Below are positions 39,959 to 53,600 of a DNA stretch of 56,639 nt, one piece after another. Origin of the DNA: Intoshia linei (lineage: Eukaryota; Animalia; Orthonectida); contig LWCA01000087.1 of the NCBI GenBank assembly GCA_001642005.1, forward strand, positions 1 to 56,639, read 5' to 3'. The notes under the pieces are model-generated. The model worked only from the letters and a program-made list of their open reading frames with translations. It was not told the origin of the DNA and did no database searches. Made by a program: the position numbers and the translations under genes. Numbering within the stretch: position 1 is the stretch's first letter; each line of letters starts with the position of its first letter.

Positions 39959-41510
39959 TTAAATTCCAGATTTCAAGAATGTAATTAATTCTAAATAAAA
40001 AAATTAAAATTTTCAAAATATTAAAAAATCTTGTTAAAATTTACCTTCGGTTTCAATAATGCCATCGTCGCTAATTTTAATGTATTTTAAAAATCTATCA
40101 AATTCTTCATCCGAAAATTTTTCTCCAAGGGATAAAAACATGTGTTTAAATTCAACTGAATTTATACCATTTGAATCATCCCGTTCAAATAGTTTTACAG
40201 CGTCACGAATGTCATCTTCGGTGTAAGATTTATTTATATTTTGTGCAAATTGACATGCTTTGTGTACATCGGATAGTGAACACTCTTTTTCTAAGTTAGA
40301 TTTAATTTAAAAAACATCAATTATAATATTTTTTCTAAGCCAATGCAGTCGCATTCACCTATCATCTTCACTGCTATAATTGGGTCTACATTACCAATTT
40401 TGAAAAAGTAAAAAAATTATAATTATTTAATTTAATAATAAATAATGACAGAGGCTTCTATTTTAGATATATTAAAAGTTACAAGTAGAAAGTAGAGATT
40501 TAAATAATTTTATCAAATTATTAATATGTAATCGTGGATTCTCAACCTTTTTAATGTATCTAAAGCAGGGATTTTCAAAGATGGCGATTTATTTTAACAA
40601 TAAAGTTATTTTTAAATTCAAATTAAATTTTCTTCTACAATACACCAGTGGTTCCCGATTGGGGCCCTGAACTTTCGGTCTGTGAGATTCAAACAAAATA
40701 TAAAAAAAAATTTATCAACTTTGTCAACAGTTGTCAGATTTTTGGAATTTATCCCAAAACTTATACGACCCCCACATTATTATTTAAAAAGTCACACTTT
40801 TATGACATCATTAATAAAATGTAATAATATTTAATAAAAAAAACCATTTTAAACCCTCAGGGAAAAATCGAATTTTACCGATACCTTTTTGAAAAATCCG
40901 GTTTTACAAACCCTTATGATAAACTAAGTCCAAAATAAATCGACCCCAAAACTTTTAATTTTTTAATCTACTTTTGTTGATTATAATAATGTATAACATA
41001 TTACAGAACCAATTTAATAGAATTTTTGGACTTTTACTGTTTAAAATAATAAAAATTTTGTATTGACTTGGCAGAAATGACTTTACGTATCGAGCTTTCA
41101 AATTTATAAATCAGTTTTTTAACTATACTCTGTGATTAATTCTATCAACTCAATTTATGCATAATTATATTATTGATTTTAAATAAACTAGTTAATTATT
41201 CAATAAATCAATCTACATTTGATAAAAAATCAAGATTAAATTAATAAAATAATGAGCAATACATAAATTAAATAAATGTAAATTACTTGAGCCTAAATTA
41301 TTCTTTATATTTTGTATATCCTTTTCGGTTAAAAAGTATCCCACAGATCTTAACAATACCCCCAATTGTTGCATCGGTATTTTGTCATTATGTGGTGAAT
41401 CATGTATTAATAAAAATTTTTCATAATCTATATATTACAATAGATCAAAATAAAAAAAAATCACCTTTTACGACATTTTCTGGCAAGTCGCAATTCATAT
41501 TAATTTCCAT
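39959..41510 (-). CDS. Myosin essential-light-chain / calmodulin-like EF-hand protein (degenerate EF loops); 4 exons
   Basis: Spliced product MEINMNCDLPENVVK|DYEKFLLIHD...LGVLLRSVG..LTEKDI...GS|KKECSL...EDDIRDAVKLFERDDSNGINSVEFKHMFLSLGEKFSDEE...DDGIIETE|ELITFLKSGI*. All three introns are phase 1. Confidence 0.8.
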
Positions 41511-41911
41511 TTTGTAATATAATCTATAGATACGATATTAACGAAAAATTGAATAATCAGAGCGAGTAGATAAATTATTGATTTTGTTGTCAAGAATTAT
41601 AAATAACCTAGAAAAATGTGTCCAGTAGAAACTTGATTCAATTAAAAATACATTAATTTGTTCTAATTCAATAAATTTTCTTATACAAATACAAAGTTTT
41701 TACTGCATAAACTTAAAAATACCAAACTGACGTATGTCACATGAAATGAACGATATACATTTATATTTTAAATTAATATTTTATTATTCAAAAAGTGCAG
41801 ACTGATTAAAATGGTGAATTTATAGTTCAACGTGGAAAAGACGAAATGAGCGTACTGGCAAAATTAATTTTTTTTATTTAAATTAATATAGCACATAAAC
41901 ATATTTAAATT

Positions 41912-42568
<657 letters not shown>

Positions 42569-44437
42569 TTTAAGAATATTAATTTAGAAATCAAAATAAG
42601 CTGTTGATTATTCACAAGGAAAAAATTGAATTATGAATTGAAATTTCAAACACACTTGGTTGCTTGCTTGTAACTACGTAAAACATAATGAATTCAATAT
42701 TAATTACAATGCTAAACACAATTTCTTAAACAAACTTGAAGTGAATTGTTAAATATTGGAACAAATAATTAATGAAAACCATATTAAATTGCACTTGAAA
42801 AATTTTAGGTCAACTTAATTAATAAAGTACATTAATAAATCAATCCATGAAATAAAAAATGAGATCATCCTCAAATGTTTAATTCACTTCGAAAGTTAAA
42901 ATGGTAAATTTAACTCTTAATTCTATCAATCTAACAAATATAAATCAATGTAACACATTTTAAAAATAATTGTTAAAAATTAAGAGAACTCAATTCAAAA
43001 ACATGATTTACAGTTAATAATATATAATAATTCTCCAGAGAATGTAAAAAAATTAGCATTTGAAGTTAAATACACTGAAAGTTTATGTATTATAACAAAT
43101 ATTGCACAATGTTTATATATCCATGCATTAGCTATAGCAATTTTTTATTAATTATAATTAAAAGTTGCAAAAATAAAAATATTAAGTTTCAATAATGGTA
43201 TATTACTATATTTTTTATATATCCAATAATATATAGATAAACGCCATTGATAACGATGAAGAAAGAATTGCCAGTATTTAAAATAATTTATACACCAGAT
43301 CCAACATTGAAATTTTAAACTATCAGTCATATAAGTTCAAACTATTCACATCATCATTTAATGACATTTAACATTGTAAAACCTATCCAAATTTATGGAG
43401 ATTATTTTTACAGAAACAAATTAAAAATCATAATAATTAGCACAATTTGACAAGTAGAAATGAATCAATAATCAAATTTTTAATCTAGTCAAAATAAATC
43501 ACATTAAACTTTTTTAGTGAAAAGTTGCGCATTATTGAAATATTGACCCAAATTATCAATTCAAGCGATAAACAAATTAAAAACTTTTAGTTGCAATATA
43601 TAATTCAATTAGAAATATAAATTGGTGATTTTTAAATTATACTGCAAATCATTTAAAACAGGGGTCCAACCATTTTTTATTATTTACATTTTTATTAGAG
43701 CCCATCAATACATAGCATCCAAAGTGTATTATCGATATTCTATTTATAAAGTTACATTGTTTAGTTTTTACTCTAAATTCACTAAGACTTAGTTGAAGTA
43801 CAAGTTACCCTTAAATCAAAAAATTAAGTTTAGAAGAAAATCCTGGTTTAGGATGGACTTGTGAGCCACAAATTTTTTTATATATGGAATAATTTAAGTT
43901 TAAATGCATTATCTAAACAAAATACACAATGTCAACGAAAAAAATTAAGGGTCATTTGAAGATAAATCAATACCATCAGAATCCTTTCCAACTTATCAAA
44001 TGTGAATATGAATGACCCAAATAAAATTATTGAAAAATTTTCATGCTATGCAATTATCATCTTTTCAAGGGTTTTGGTGTATAAATCTTGGATGCAATTT
44101 TAAATTCTTTTTAGTTCAGTCAGAATTTACCTATTCACATAATAAACTCACCAATTTATTTAAATTTAAATAAAAATTGTAAAATTAAATTTTATATAAA
44201 ATACCTTTTTAATAAAACACTTATCAAAATAAACAAAACTTTCTGAGCGATAATTTGAGAATCAAATCAAATTCTAAAATTAAATTACAATGATCTTAAG
44301 ATTCTTAACATGTTTTTAAATAACTCAAAAATAGTGGGGTATTTACAACATATTTTTAGTAAAAATAGACTATTCAGTAATACTATCTCATTTATTGTAC
44401 AATGAAAATTAATTCTCATTTTACATTATAATTCTAG

Positions 44438-44937
44438 TCCTCACCGAAGCGTTTAATCTTTTTGATAAAGATAAAAAAGGGTATATACATTGTGAACAAT
44501 TGGGGAAATTGCTCAGATGTGTAGGACAAAATTTAAATGATATCGAATTTGCATATTATAAAGAAAACTTTTGTTTAACAGGTTTTTCTTATCAATAAAA
44601 TCAAATTAATTAAAAGTAGACACTGACAATTTACAATTAACCGCTTTTTTGGAAATAATGACATTAAGAAGAAAAACATCCACCAATGACGAATCACTTA
44701 CTGAAGCATTCAGAATTTTTGATGTTAAAAGAACGGGATACATTGCAAATAAAGATCTGAGAGACGTTTTAACTACCATGGGAGAGATTTTATCTGAAGA
44801 AGAGATTTCTGAATTAATCCAGGAAGCTGATACAGATTCTGATGGTTTTATTGACTATGAAGGTTTTTTATTGTACATAATATTATTTATTTATAATTTA
44901 AATTTTAGATTTCATATCAAAATTAATGAAAATTTAA
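44438..44937 (+). CDS. Calmodulin-like protein (last 3 exons; candidate 5' exons are the ATG at 42901-42903 and 43014-43080)
   Basis: LTEAFNLFDKDKKG...LGKLLRCVGQN...|...LTEAFRIFDVKRTGYI...MGEILSEEE..LIQEADTDSDGFIDYE|DFISKLMKI*. The candidate upstream exons are phase-compatible but unverified. Confidence 0.85.
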
Positions 44938-45239
44938 TTGTTTTTTTATATTAAATTTATTATTGTCCCATGAAAAAAAAATGAACGTTATATTGACTTT
45001 CGTTGCAATTATTTCAGTATTAGCTATTTAAAGCAATAATGTTTAACTTAAGCAGCTGTTTACATTTATGTATAAACAAATAGGCCTTCAACGTGGTAAT
45101 ACTTGAATAAAAATAAAGTAATAAAATAAATAATTTTAGCTGTTAGATTATTTCATAGTTTGTTTACAAGTAACATAATCAAAGAGATTTATAATATATA
45201 ATCTGGCACAAGGAGGTATTAAAAAATACTATTCCAAAT

Positions 45240-48200
45240 ATGGGCACAAATTTGCCTCGAGACAATATTGAAAGACTCGAAGGACAACTTTTTAGTGACT
45301 TTAAGCTCATTAGAAGACTTGGATCTGGTTCTTTTGGTGTTATTTATGAAGCTAGAATTCCACGGCATAATAACACTGGAAATATAAATACACGATCTGC
45401 TACGGTATTCAACGATGAATTGAATGCATTTTAAACACATTTATCTTAGACTTGTGCCATTAAAATTGAAAATGCAGATACTATAAATCCTCAACTTTTT
45501 CACGAATCAAAATTATATGAACTATTACAAGGAGAAAAAGGAATACCTCGATTAATACGGTAAATAATTAATAAAAAGGCATAAATCTTAACTGAGAGGT
45601 GTGAAGAACATTTAATGTTCATGAATGAGGTACCTTTTCAATTTTAGTACTTTTATCAAAAAATATCCTGCAAATTTTCCCAAAATGAACATTTTTGTAG
45701 TTATTGTTCATTTTTTACTATATATTTTATCAGAGCAATAAAAAATATATATTATTATCTATCATCCCTGCTAAAAATTCATATTTTATATCCGTTGCTT
45801 CATGTTTCAGACAATCAGGAATATTGATACATTTTTTGTACCATTTTAATTTTAAATTTAGAGATTTTGTTTCAGGACTAGAAAAATGACTTGTTCACAA
45901 ATTATTTTTCATCAAGTTTATAATAATAGAAAATTTATGTAGGTGCTTTATTTAGAATATATTTGACAAAATATGTTAATTAAGAGTATCTACAACCACG
46001 GAAATCGTGGTTAAAGGGATAAAAATTAATTAGTTCAATAATATATATTCACCGTAAAACAAATATCAATTGAATTATTTTGTTTATCAAAATTAAATTA
46101 TATCGCTTCATTTCTTAAAATGTATTTTACTTTACACCAGTGCAGTTACAGGTTCAAAGGATTTTTCGTTATGAGTTATAACGATAGTATAATAAAATTA
46201 AAATACATATTGAAATGGATCCCACAATCAAATTAAAAATTAAAAATGGTTTCAAAATGTTATATATTATATGAATAATTAAGTATTTTCGCAAGTGGAT
46301 GTGTGTCCATTTTTGTGATGATATACAAAAAAATTAATTTTTATTTGATAGAACTGCCATGCGATGGGGTAGATACAACTTTTTAGCAATGGAACACTTG
46401 GGTCCAAGCTTAGAAGACTTATTCTGTTATTGCTCTCGCATGTTTACTCACAGGACAGTTGTTTCTCTAGCTGTTCAGGTAAATAACTATTATGGAGTGA
46501 ATTAAAAATATATTTACAAAATAAAAAAATCTTCGTTAGCTTAATTGGGCCTTGATTAACATTACCATTAAAGGGCACACTAACTATTTGAAACATAGTC
46601 TAATTCAGCGGTTTCCAAATGCGGTACTGGGACCCTAGGAGGTCCCAGAAATTATTTTGGGGTACCAGCTCGTCTGATGCTATGACTCATAAATTATAGA
46701 TATTTTTTAAATTCCAAAAATAATTGAAAATTAAAATTAATTTATAATAATCTATATAGTTATTTATGTACAATTGTATGTTATTGTATTTAGGTCTATT
46801 GATTTTATGTTTGCATAGTAAATATATGTATGTCCCTATTCCGTCAGTTCAATCTTTACCGATTTTTTAGATATCCATTTTTGGTCAAGTAAAGTTTTAA
46901 CAATTTTATATTTAATTTGTTTAATTGATATGTTGTCATAGGTACACTAAATTTAAATTATTGTGGTGTACGAAATAATTTTTTTTCAGTTTCGGGTACC
47001 AACTGTGAAGTATGTTGGGAAGCGCTAGTCTAATTAATGAATAAAATTTTTTATTATTATAAAATGGTTCGGTCCACTTATAAAAAAATTCTAGGTCCTT
47101 ACATTACCCTTTAATATTAAATGTATATTTTTAAAGTTGAGATTATTACCCAATTTGAATTAAATATGAAAAATAAATATATAACCACTCAAATTAGTGA
47201 ATATTGAAATAATGTACATTCTATTTTTCTAATCAATATTTAATTAATTTTTTTAGCTCATTGATAGAATGAACTATATTCACACTAAACAAATACTTCA
47301 TCGTGACATTAAACCAAACAATTTTTTAATGGGATTGAATTATGATACTTCTGATGTCTATATTGTGGATTTTGGACTAGCTAAGCGGTACATCGATCAA
47401 CGTCGCAATGTACATATACCATTCAGAAATGGAAAAAAGTTGACTGGAACTGCACGATATGTTTCTGTAAATGCACATAAGGGCCTTGAACAAAGTAGAC
47501 GAGATGATCTCATATCAATAGGTCAACTATATTATAATTATTCTATTATTATGTCACAACATTGAATACTATCATCAATATCTCAAATAAAAAATTGAGT
47601 AAAGTTAAAAATATAAATTGTTAATATTTTTTCATATTCTAGTTATTTTGATTGTATTTTTGTGGATTTGATATATAAGAATTAATCTAAACGGAAAATT
47701 GAGACACATTTCTCATTATCAGAATGATTTAGATTTTATTTTTGAAGCATATTCTTAACGGATATCATTGATATAATTAAAATATGTACATAATTAAATG
47801 TGGCAAGCACAAAGGCTTACAAACATGTCGCAAACAAATATAAAACAACAAGTTCGTTTTTCTTAATTAACTTATGAAACATTAAACATTATTTAACAGT
47901 GGAGAAAAACACATGTACGTTTCGTTCCAAATACTGTATGTTAATTTTGTTAACTGGGTTGTATGATTTAGAACAGGGTTTCTTAACCTATTTTAAATTC
48001 AGCAACCCGTTAGTCAGATCAATTATTTCCAGCCCCTGTAACAAAATAAAAAATATGCCTTAAAAATCAATGTATATAAGGTCATATAATGTCAATATAT
48101 ATAAATATATAGAATAGAATATAGAACAAAGGTGTCAGACTCAATTTGCTTGGCGGTCAAAATATTAAAAAAAAACTATTAGCGAGCCTATTCAAAATCA

Positions 48201-49693
48201 CAAAAAAAATCTTTACTCAAACCTACGAATTCGATTAGATTTTATTGCAAATTTAATTTTAAGAAATTGATTCCTTCCAATTCAAAAACCACCATTATCC
48301 TTTTTTTAAAAATCAAACAAGTCCTAGAATTATAAAAAATACACAATATAATAAATATTAAAATCATCGACATTATGATAAATTTCAATTTCAAAAATCT
48401 TACATCTTCACGGCCAAAACACCAAATTACACTTTTTAAAAAAATTAAAAAAGTCCTAGAATTTTATACATCATAAATTATGAGATGGTGTTTAAAATCA
48501 TAAACATTATCATTAATTGCAAACTCAAAAAAGTGCATTTTCAAGATCAAAACCGCAGATTACCTTTTTTAAAAAAAAATAAAAATTGATCCTATTTGTA
48601 TAAATACATAAATTTTATTATTTTACACAATTTTTTAGTCAAAATATACAAAATAAAAATATTTTTTACTAGCATCCCTGTTAAAAAACATTGATCTAGA
48701 ACTAAAAATTACATTTTAATCTCCGAAAAAAAATATTTTCGGAACATGTCAACTGGCCAGTTCCAAATAAAACCTTGAATATACTTGAAACTCAGACCAC
48801 AAGGCGGACGTGGTGGTTTATAAAAAGACTGGGGAACAATGCCGTAAAAGCTTTTAATTTAAAAGCTAATCTCTCCTTTTAAATTTACATTACTCAATAA
48901 AAATACAATTAAAAATATGCATTTAATTCCAATATTTAAAAATTACCGTGAAATTCTTTAAGATGTATGAATTTTTAAATTACAAAAAACCGATAAGATA
49001 AATCAAAAAATAGATAAGATATCGCCTGTTAATACATTAATAAATTGCGCCAATGATGTGAAAAGTCATAACTATAGTAAATTATAAATTACCTATTGGA
49101 AACGTGGCGCAATTATTTATATTATCTAATAAATTATAATATTTAGGTTATGTTTTGATATATTTTGGATATGGAAGTCTTCCATGGCAAGGATTAAAGG
49201 TTAAATCAGAAAAAATATAAAAATTATTATAATGCAATAATTTAGGCCGAAACAAGAAAACAAAAATATGAATTAATAGCTGAAAAGAAAAGTGAAACTA
49301 GTCTAGCTACATTATGCAGGGTATTAGTGACCTAATTATCATAAAATATACATTAAATGACAATTAACCGTAAAAAGTATTCACGATTTTATTGTTGCAA
49401 TTTAAAGCTTAATGTGAATGGAATGAATTAAAATTCTAAATTATATAAAAATTGCTTTATTAAATACTTAGGGATTTCCGGAAGAATATCATGAATATTT
49501 GGAATATTCGTACAACCTTAACTTTAGTCAAACTCCTTCATATGAGGTTTTACGTAATATTTTCAACGAACCCTTAAACCAATACAAAAACCAAGGCGAA
49601 TTTGAATATGATTGGACCTTCATCAAGCGAATAAAAATGTATTTATATTATCCTTGTTTAATTAAATTAAAACTTAGGCGTAATAGACGATAA
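45240..49693 (+). CDS. CSNK1: Casein kinase 1 family Ser/Thr kinase; multi-exon
   Basis: [75 protein letters not shown] and YDWT. Confidence 0.95.
46606..47027. mobile_element. hAT (Buster-type) MITE in CK1 intron
   Basis: Termini CAGCGGTTTCCAA...TTGGGAAGCGCTA; perfect 8-bp TSD GTCTAATT. Confidence 0.82.
47974..48693. mobile_element. Degenerate hAT MITE carrying nested repeat material, in CK1 intron
   Basis: Termini CAGGGTTTCTTAAC...GTTAAAAAACATTG; TSD ATTTAGAA/ATCTAGAA. Contains units of the 6392-7406 repeat family. Confidence 0.6.
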
Positions 49694-49927
49694 CCACCTC
49701 AAATCGACGTAATGAAATTTATATTTACGAAAGTTTGTTACATAAAAAATTTAAATTAAAAAATTTACATTTGTTTATAGTAGGTTAGCGGTAGACAGTT
49801 ATTTGGTTCAATAATTTGATTGATTTATATATTGAGTAATAGAATTACTGAAATAAATCTCGTCTACTTTAGTATACTCAAAATAGATTACCTAATTTAA
49901 TTTGAATTTAAAATTAAAAGAAATAAC

Positions 49928-50612
49928 ATGTTGATTATGTTCATGTTAACTGTGATATTAGGCTTTTCAAGAATAAGATTCACGCGTATTCTACTTTATA
50001 TAATAAGTTTTAAATAACATAGGTGCATGTTTTAGTATTATAAGAGAAATTCAAATGTCAAATAATGCAATATGTCCTAATGACACCATACAATGCCAGC
50101 ACGGTATTAAAAATTATTTTATTATTTTAAACAAAATATTGTGAACGTGGTTTAGGCGGAGTGTGCTGGATGAAATTAAACACCAACGAAAAATATTGCA
50201 TGTAAATTTAATTATTTTTTTATTCATCAATCTAGTTGTCAGTTGCATTATTTTGGGAAAAAATGCCACATATACCGTGTAGATTTATCCTTGATGAAAT
50301 CTGGTAAGATTTAACAATAACTGATTCATTCCTTTGAAATTAAGAATCAAAACAAGTCGATAATTCTAACGCAAAAATAATTATTGTAGTATATGTACTA
50401 TTCGCCTTGTCTATAATGCTCACCATTACCTTTTTAATCCTCTATTTAAACAAGTAATGCATACTTTATAAGCTTTAGAAGTTATAAATTGCAACAATTA
50501 TTTTAGAAAGCGAAGTTACAATAAATTAAAAAAAGTCAGATTAGAAACATCACAACTTTTTCAAGTTTCAGGAAATACGCCAGATCCAGGAGATGTAAAT
50601 TTATTAACTTGA
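49928..50612 (+). CDS. Single-EGF-domain type I membrane protein, candidate EGFR ligand precursor; 6 exons
   Basis: Signal-like MLIMFMLTVILGFS, then EGF module CPNDTIQCQHG|GVCWMKLNTNEKYCI|CQLHYFGKKC. A 23-aa stalk leads to TM IIIVVYVLFALSIMLTITFLILYL, a basic stop-transfer NKKRSY and a short tail. All splice phases are consistent. Absent from the ORF track. Confidence 0.85.
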
Positions 50613-50689
50613 TATTTTTATGTTATAAACATTTTAGAAAAATAATACACCAATGTCAAATACATATAAAATTTAATAAAAATTATATA

Positions 50690-53600
50690 CTAATTTTTTC
50701 TTGAAAACGGCCAGAATTTATTAATATATCCTCTAATATAGCCAGTCGAGTTTATTTGTTCAAAAACACAAGATAAACTTGGGTATTCAATAAATTTTTC
50801 CGATAGGTCTCGATAATATAATTCTGGTTGCATTAATTCAGTTTTTAAAGGTATATTATTCAAAATTACAGCCATATTTTTAGGTTGATTGATTTGAATA
50901 TTCTTCAACCAACAATTCAAATATGGCAAGTTGTCATTTATATCCTAATATTTACAATTTAAATTATAAATCTAGCTAGCAGTATTCCCTCAAAGGGACC
51001 ACCAGATTTTGCAGAAGAAAATGCAAAAATTGTTATATAAAATTTGTAGTACATGATAAAACATGTTACATTATGACTTTAAAAATTACAGGTAACATTG
51101 CTCAGTGAGTAAGTCAATATAAAATTTTAAAAACAATTTTTATCGTTTACATGTTTACATTATGTAAACATGATTAAAACACAAATGATCCACAACTAAA
51201 TAACAAATTAAAAGATGCAGCCCATAAAAATAATGTTAAATAAAATTTTGAAATGGCCTGGTCAATAATGGACTTTTTACCCGGATAGTATAAATTAAAA
51301 TTCCAAAAATATAGAAAATTAAATAAATAAATAGAATATACCATTGTATCGTATGGATGAGATTGGAAGGAAATTTTGTCTTTTTCAAATGTAAAATTAT
51401 AATCCTCATTTTTCATTTCAATTAATAATTCAATGTTCAAATAAAATGTAAAGGTTAAATTTAAAAATTGATCAATTTTCTTTTTGGGGATTAACTAAAA
51501 TATCATAATAATAATTAAATTTAATGAAAATATTAATCATATTTTTAATTAGGCAATTTTCTCTAAATATATGTTTTACTTTTAATTTAAAAAATATTTT
51601 TGGTATTCACTACATACTTGTACTAGTGCTGAGCATCGATAAATTTTTTTTTAACTCTAAACTAACATCCTAACTTATATAAAACTATTTTTTGTTTGTG
51701 TTTTAAAAATTTAAAAATTCCATATTTCTGTTAAAGTTTTTACCGGCGTGAAAGTAAGATAAATTTCAATCTCAGAAACTTACATTTTCCTGTAGAAAAC
51801 TTTTTTTTTGAAAATCAAACCATTTCTAGAATTTAAAAAAATATATCTTCAGGATCAAAAACCCAAATTACTTTTTTTTAAAAAAATGAAAATAGTCTTA
51901 GAATTTTAAAGAAAATTAACACACACGGAATTTTTTTTCAGATTTTATAGAGGGTTTTTATAGATTTTTTTACAGTATTTTCAAGGGGTTTTTTTGGATT
52001 TTTTTATCCATATTTTAGAGGGGATTTTAGGAAATTTTTTTAAAAAAAAACAAACTCCTAGAATTTAAAAAAGATTACATGTAATGTAAGTAATGTAAAA
52101 AGGTTGGTAAAATTCGATTTTTCTCAAAAAAATTGCTAAAAAAGGATTTTTTTAAAATTATTTAATAGAAAACGTTTATATCGAAATATAGCCGTATGAC
52201 ATACGACTTAAGTAATTTAAAAACTAAATAATAATATATGATTAATATTCCAATCTTTGTACTACGATCTGTAGAATAAGTACTATTTTATATCTTATTT
52301 TGCGTAAATCTCCGTTGAGTTGTAAAATAGTTATCAGATTTAATTCTAAACTAAGTGCATTTCTCGATTCCGTTAAAATTTGCGTTAACTTGACTGAAAC
52401 CTATGCTTTGGTAAAAATGGATTTTGTCCTTAAGGGTTGGTAAAATTGGTTTTTTTTTTCATAACAATATTAAATTAATTTACGATATGCCGTTATATAG
52501 CGTGGACTCCTGGGTCCACATGGACACATTTGGGAAGCACTGATCTAAAAATAAAACTTACACTACAAATGCATTTTTCATAATCTTGTGAATTCATTAT
52601 GTATTTGTACAAAATACTAGCTTCTTGAATTTTTTCAGTGAATTCATAATTGTAAGCAATAGAAAGTAGTCTACATTGATAATAATTTAGAAAATCTAGT
52701 GTTGTAGTACAATATTCGTCAAAGTCGATTACACGATATACCAGGGGTTCCCAAAGTGGGAGATATCGCCCCAGGCTGCGAATATAAAAACATAAATAGA
52801 ATTTTTTTTAATATATTTCAGTATAGTAAAATTGATACGGTACCAAATTTAAAATATAGTTCCATGTCAAAATTACTTGATTGTTTTATTATAACATTCT
52901 AATTATTAATTATACACATTTACAACACGTTTTATTGAAACATTATAAAATTTTATTATAAAAACACGGTATATCCAAAAACGATTTTAGATGGATAGAG
53001 TGGAGCGTTAATGAATTTTTTGGTTGTAAGGGGATATTTTTATAGCAAGTTTGGGATCCACTGATATAAAAAGTGACAGTAATAAATATATTATTTTTTA
53101 ATTAACACAATTTTTAAATTATTAAATATCGACTTTGCACATAATGAGTAAATTTTTAAATGTATATACGACGTAGTCAAAAATTTTTTTAAGGGGGCGT
53201 TGAGAAAATATATTGCTAAAAAGGGAGCGGTAGGCAAAATGACTTTGGGAACCCCTGCGATATACCATGAAGCTTTTTAAGGTAGTAGAGTATGACATTT
53301 TTTTAATAATTTTTATAGAAATATTTTTATTCTTGCAGAGATGACGCTGCAAAAAACTTTGGCGATCACTGTTTACAATGTAAATTAATTACTGATTAGC
53401 CAAAATATATTTTTTTAAAGCTTCCAAACGTTCCACATAATTTACATTTTTGTTTATAACAGATATTTTTAAAATTTGTTCAATCGTCTAAATAAAAAAA
53501 AATTTCTTGAAAATAATGTAACCTACTTTTAATATTGTATTATAAATTTTGCAAATTTCCAAATGTTTAGAATTTAATATTTGAAAATCAGTAGATTTTT

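Noticed and set aside
39930-39990. Apparent coding overlap between the kinesin and light-chain last exons
   Set aside because: With the correct phase the kinesin stops at 39954, 4 bp short of the other stop, so only UTRs would overlap.
40330-40410. Exon-like minus-strand segment in the light-chain gene
   Set aside because: The flanking exons already join in phase to give a normal-length EF-hand protein.
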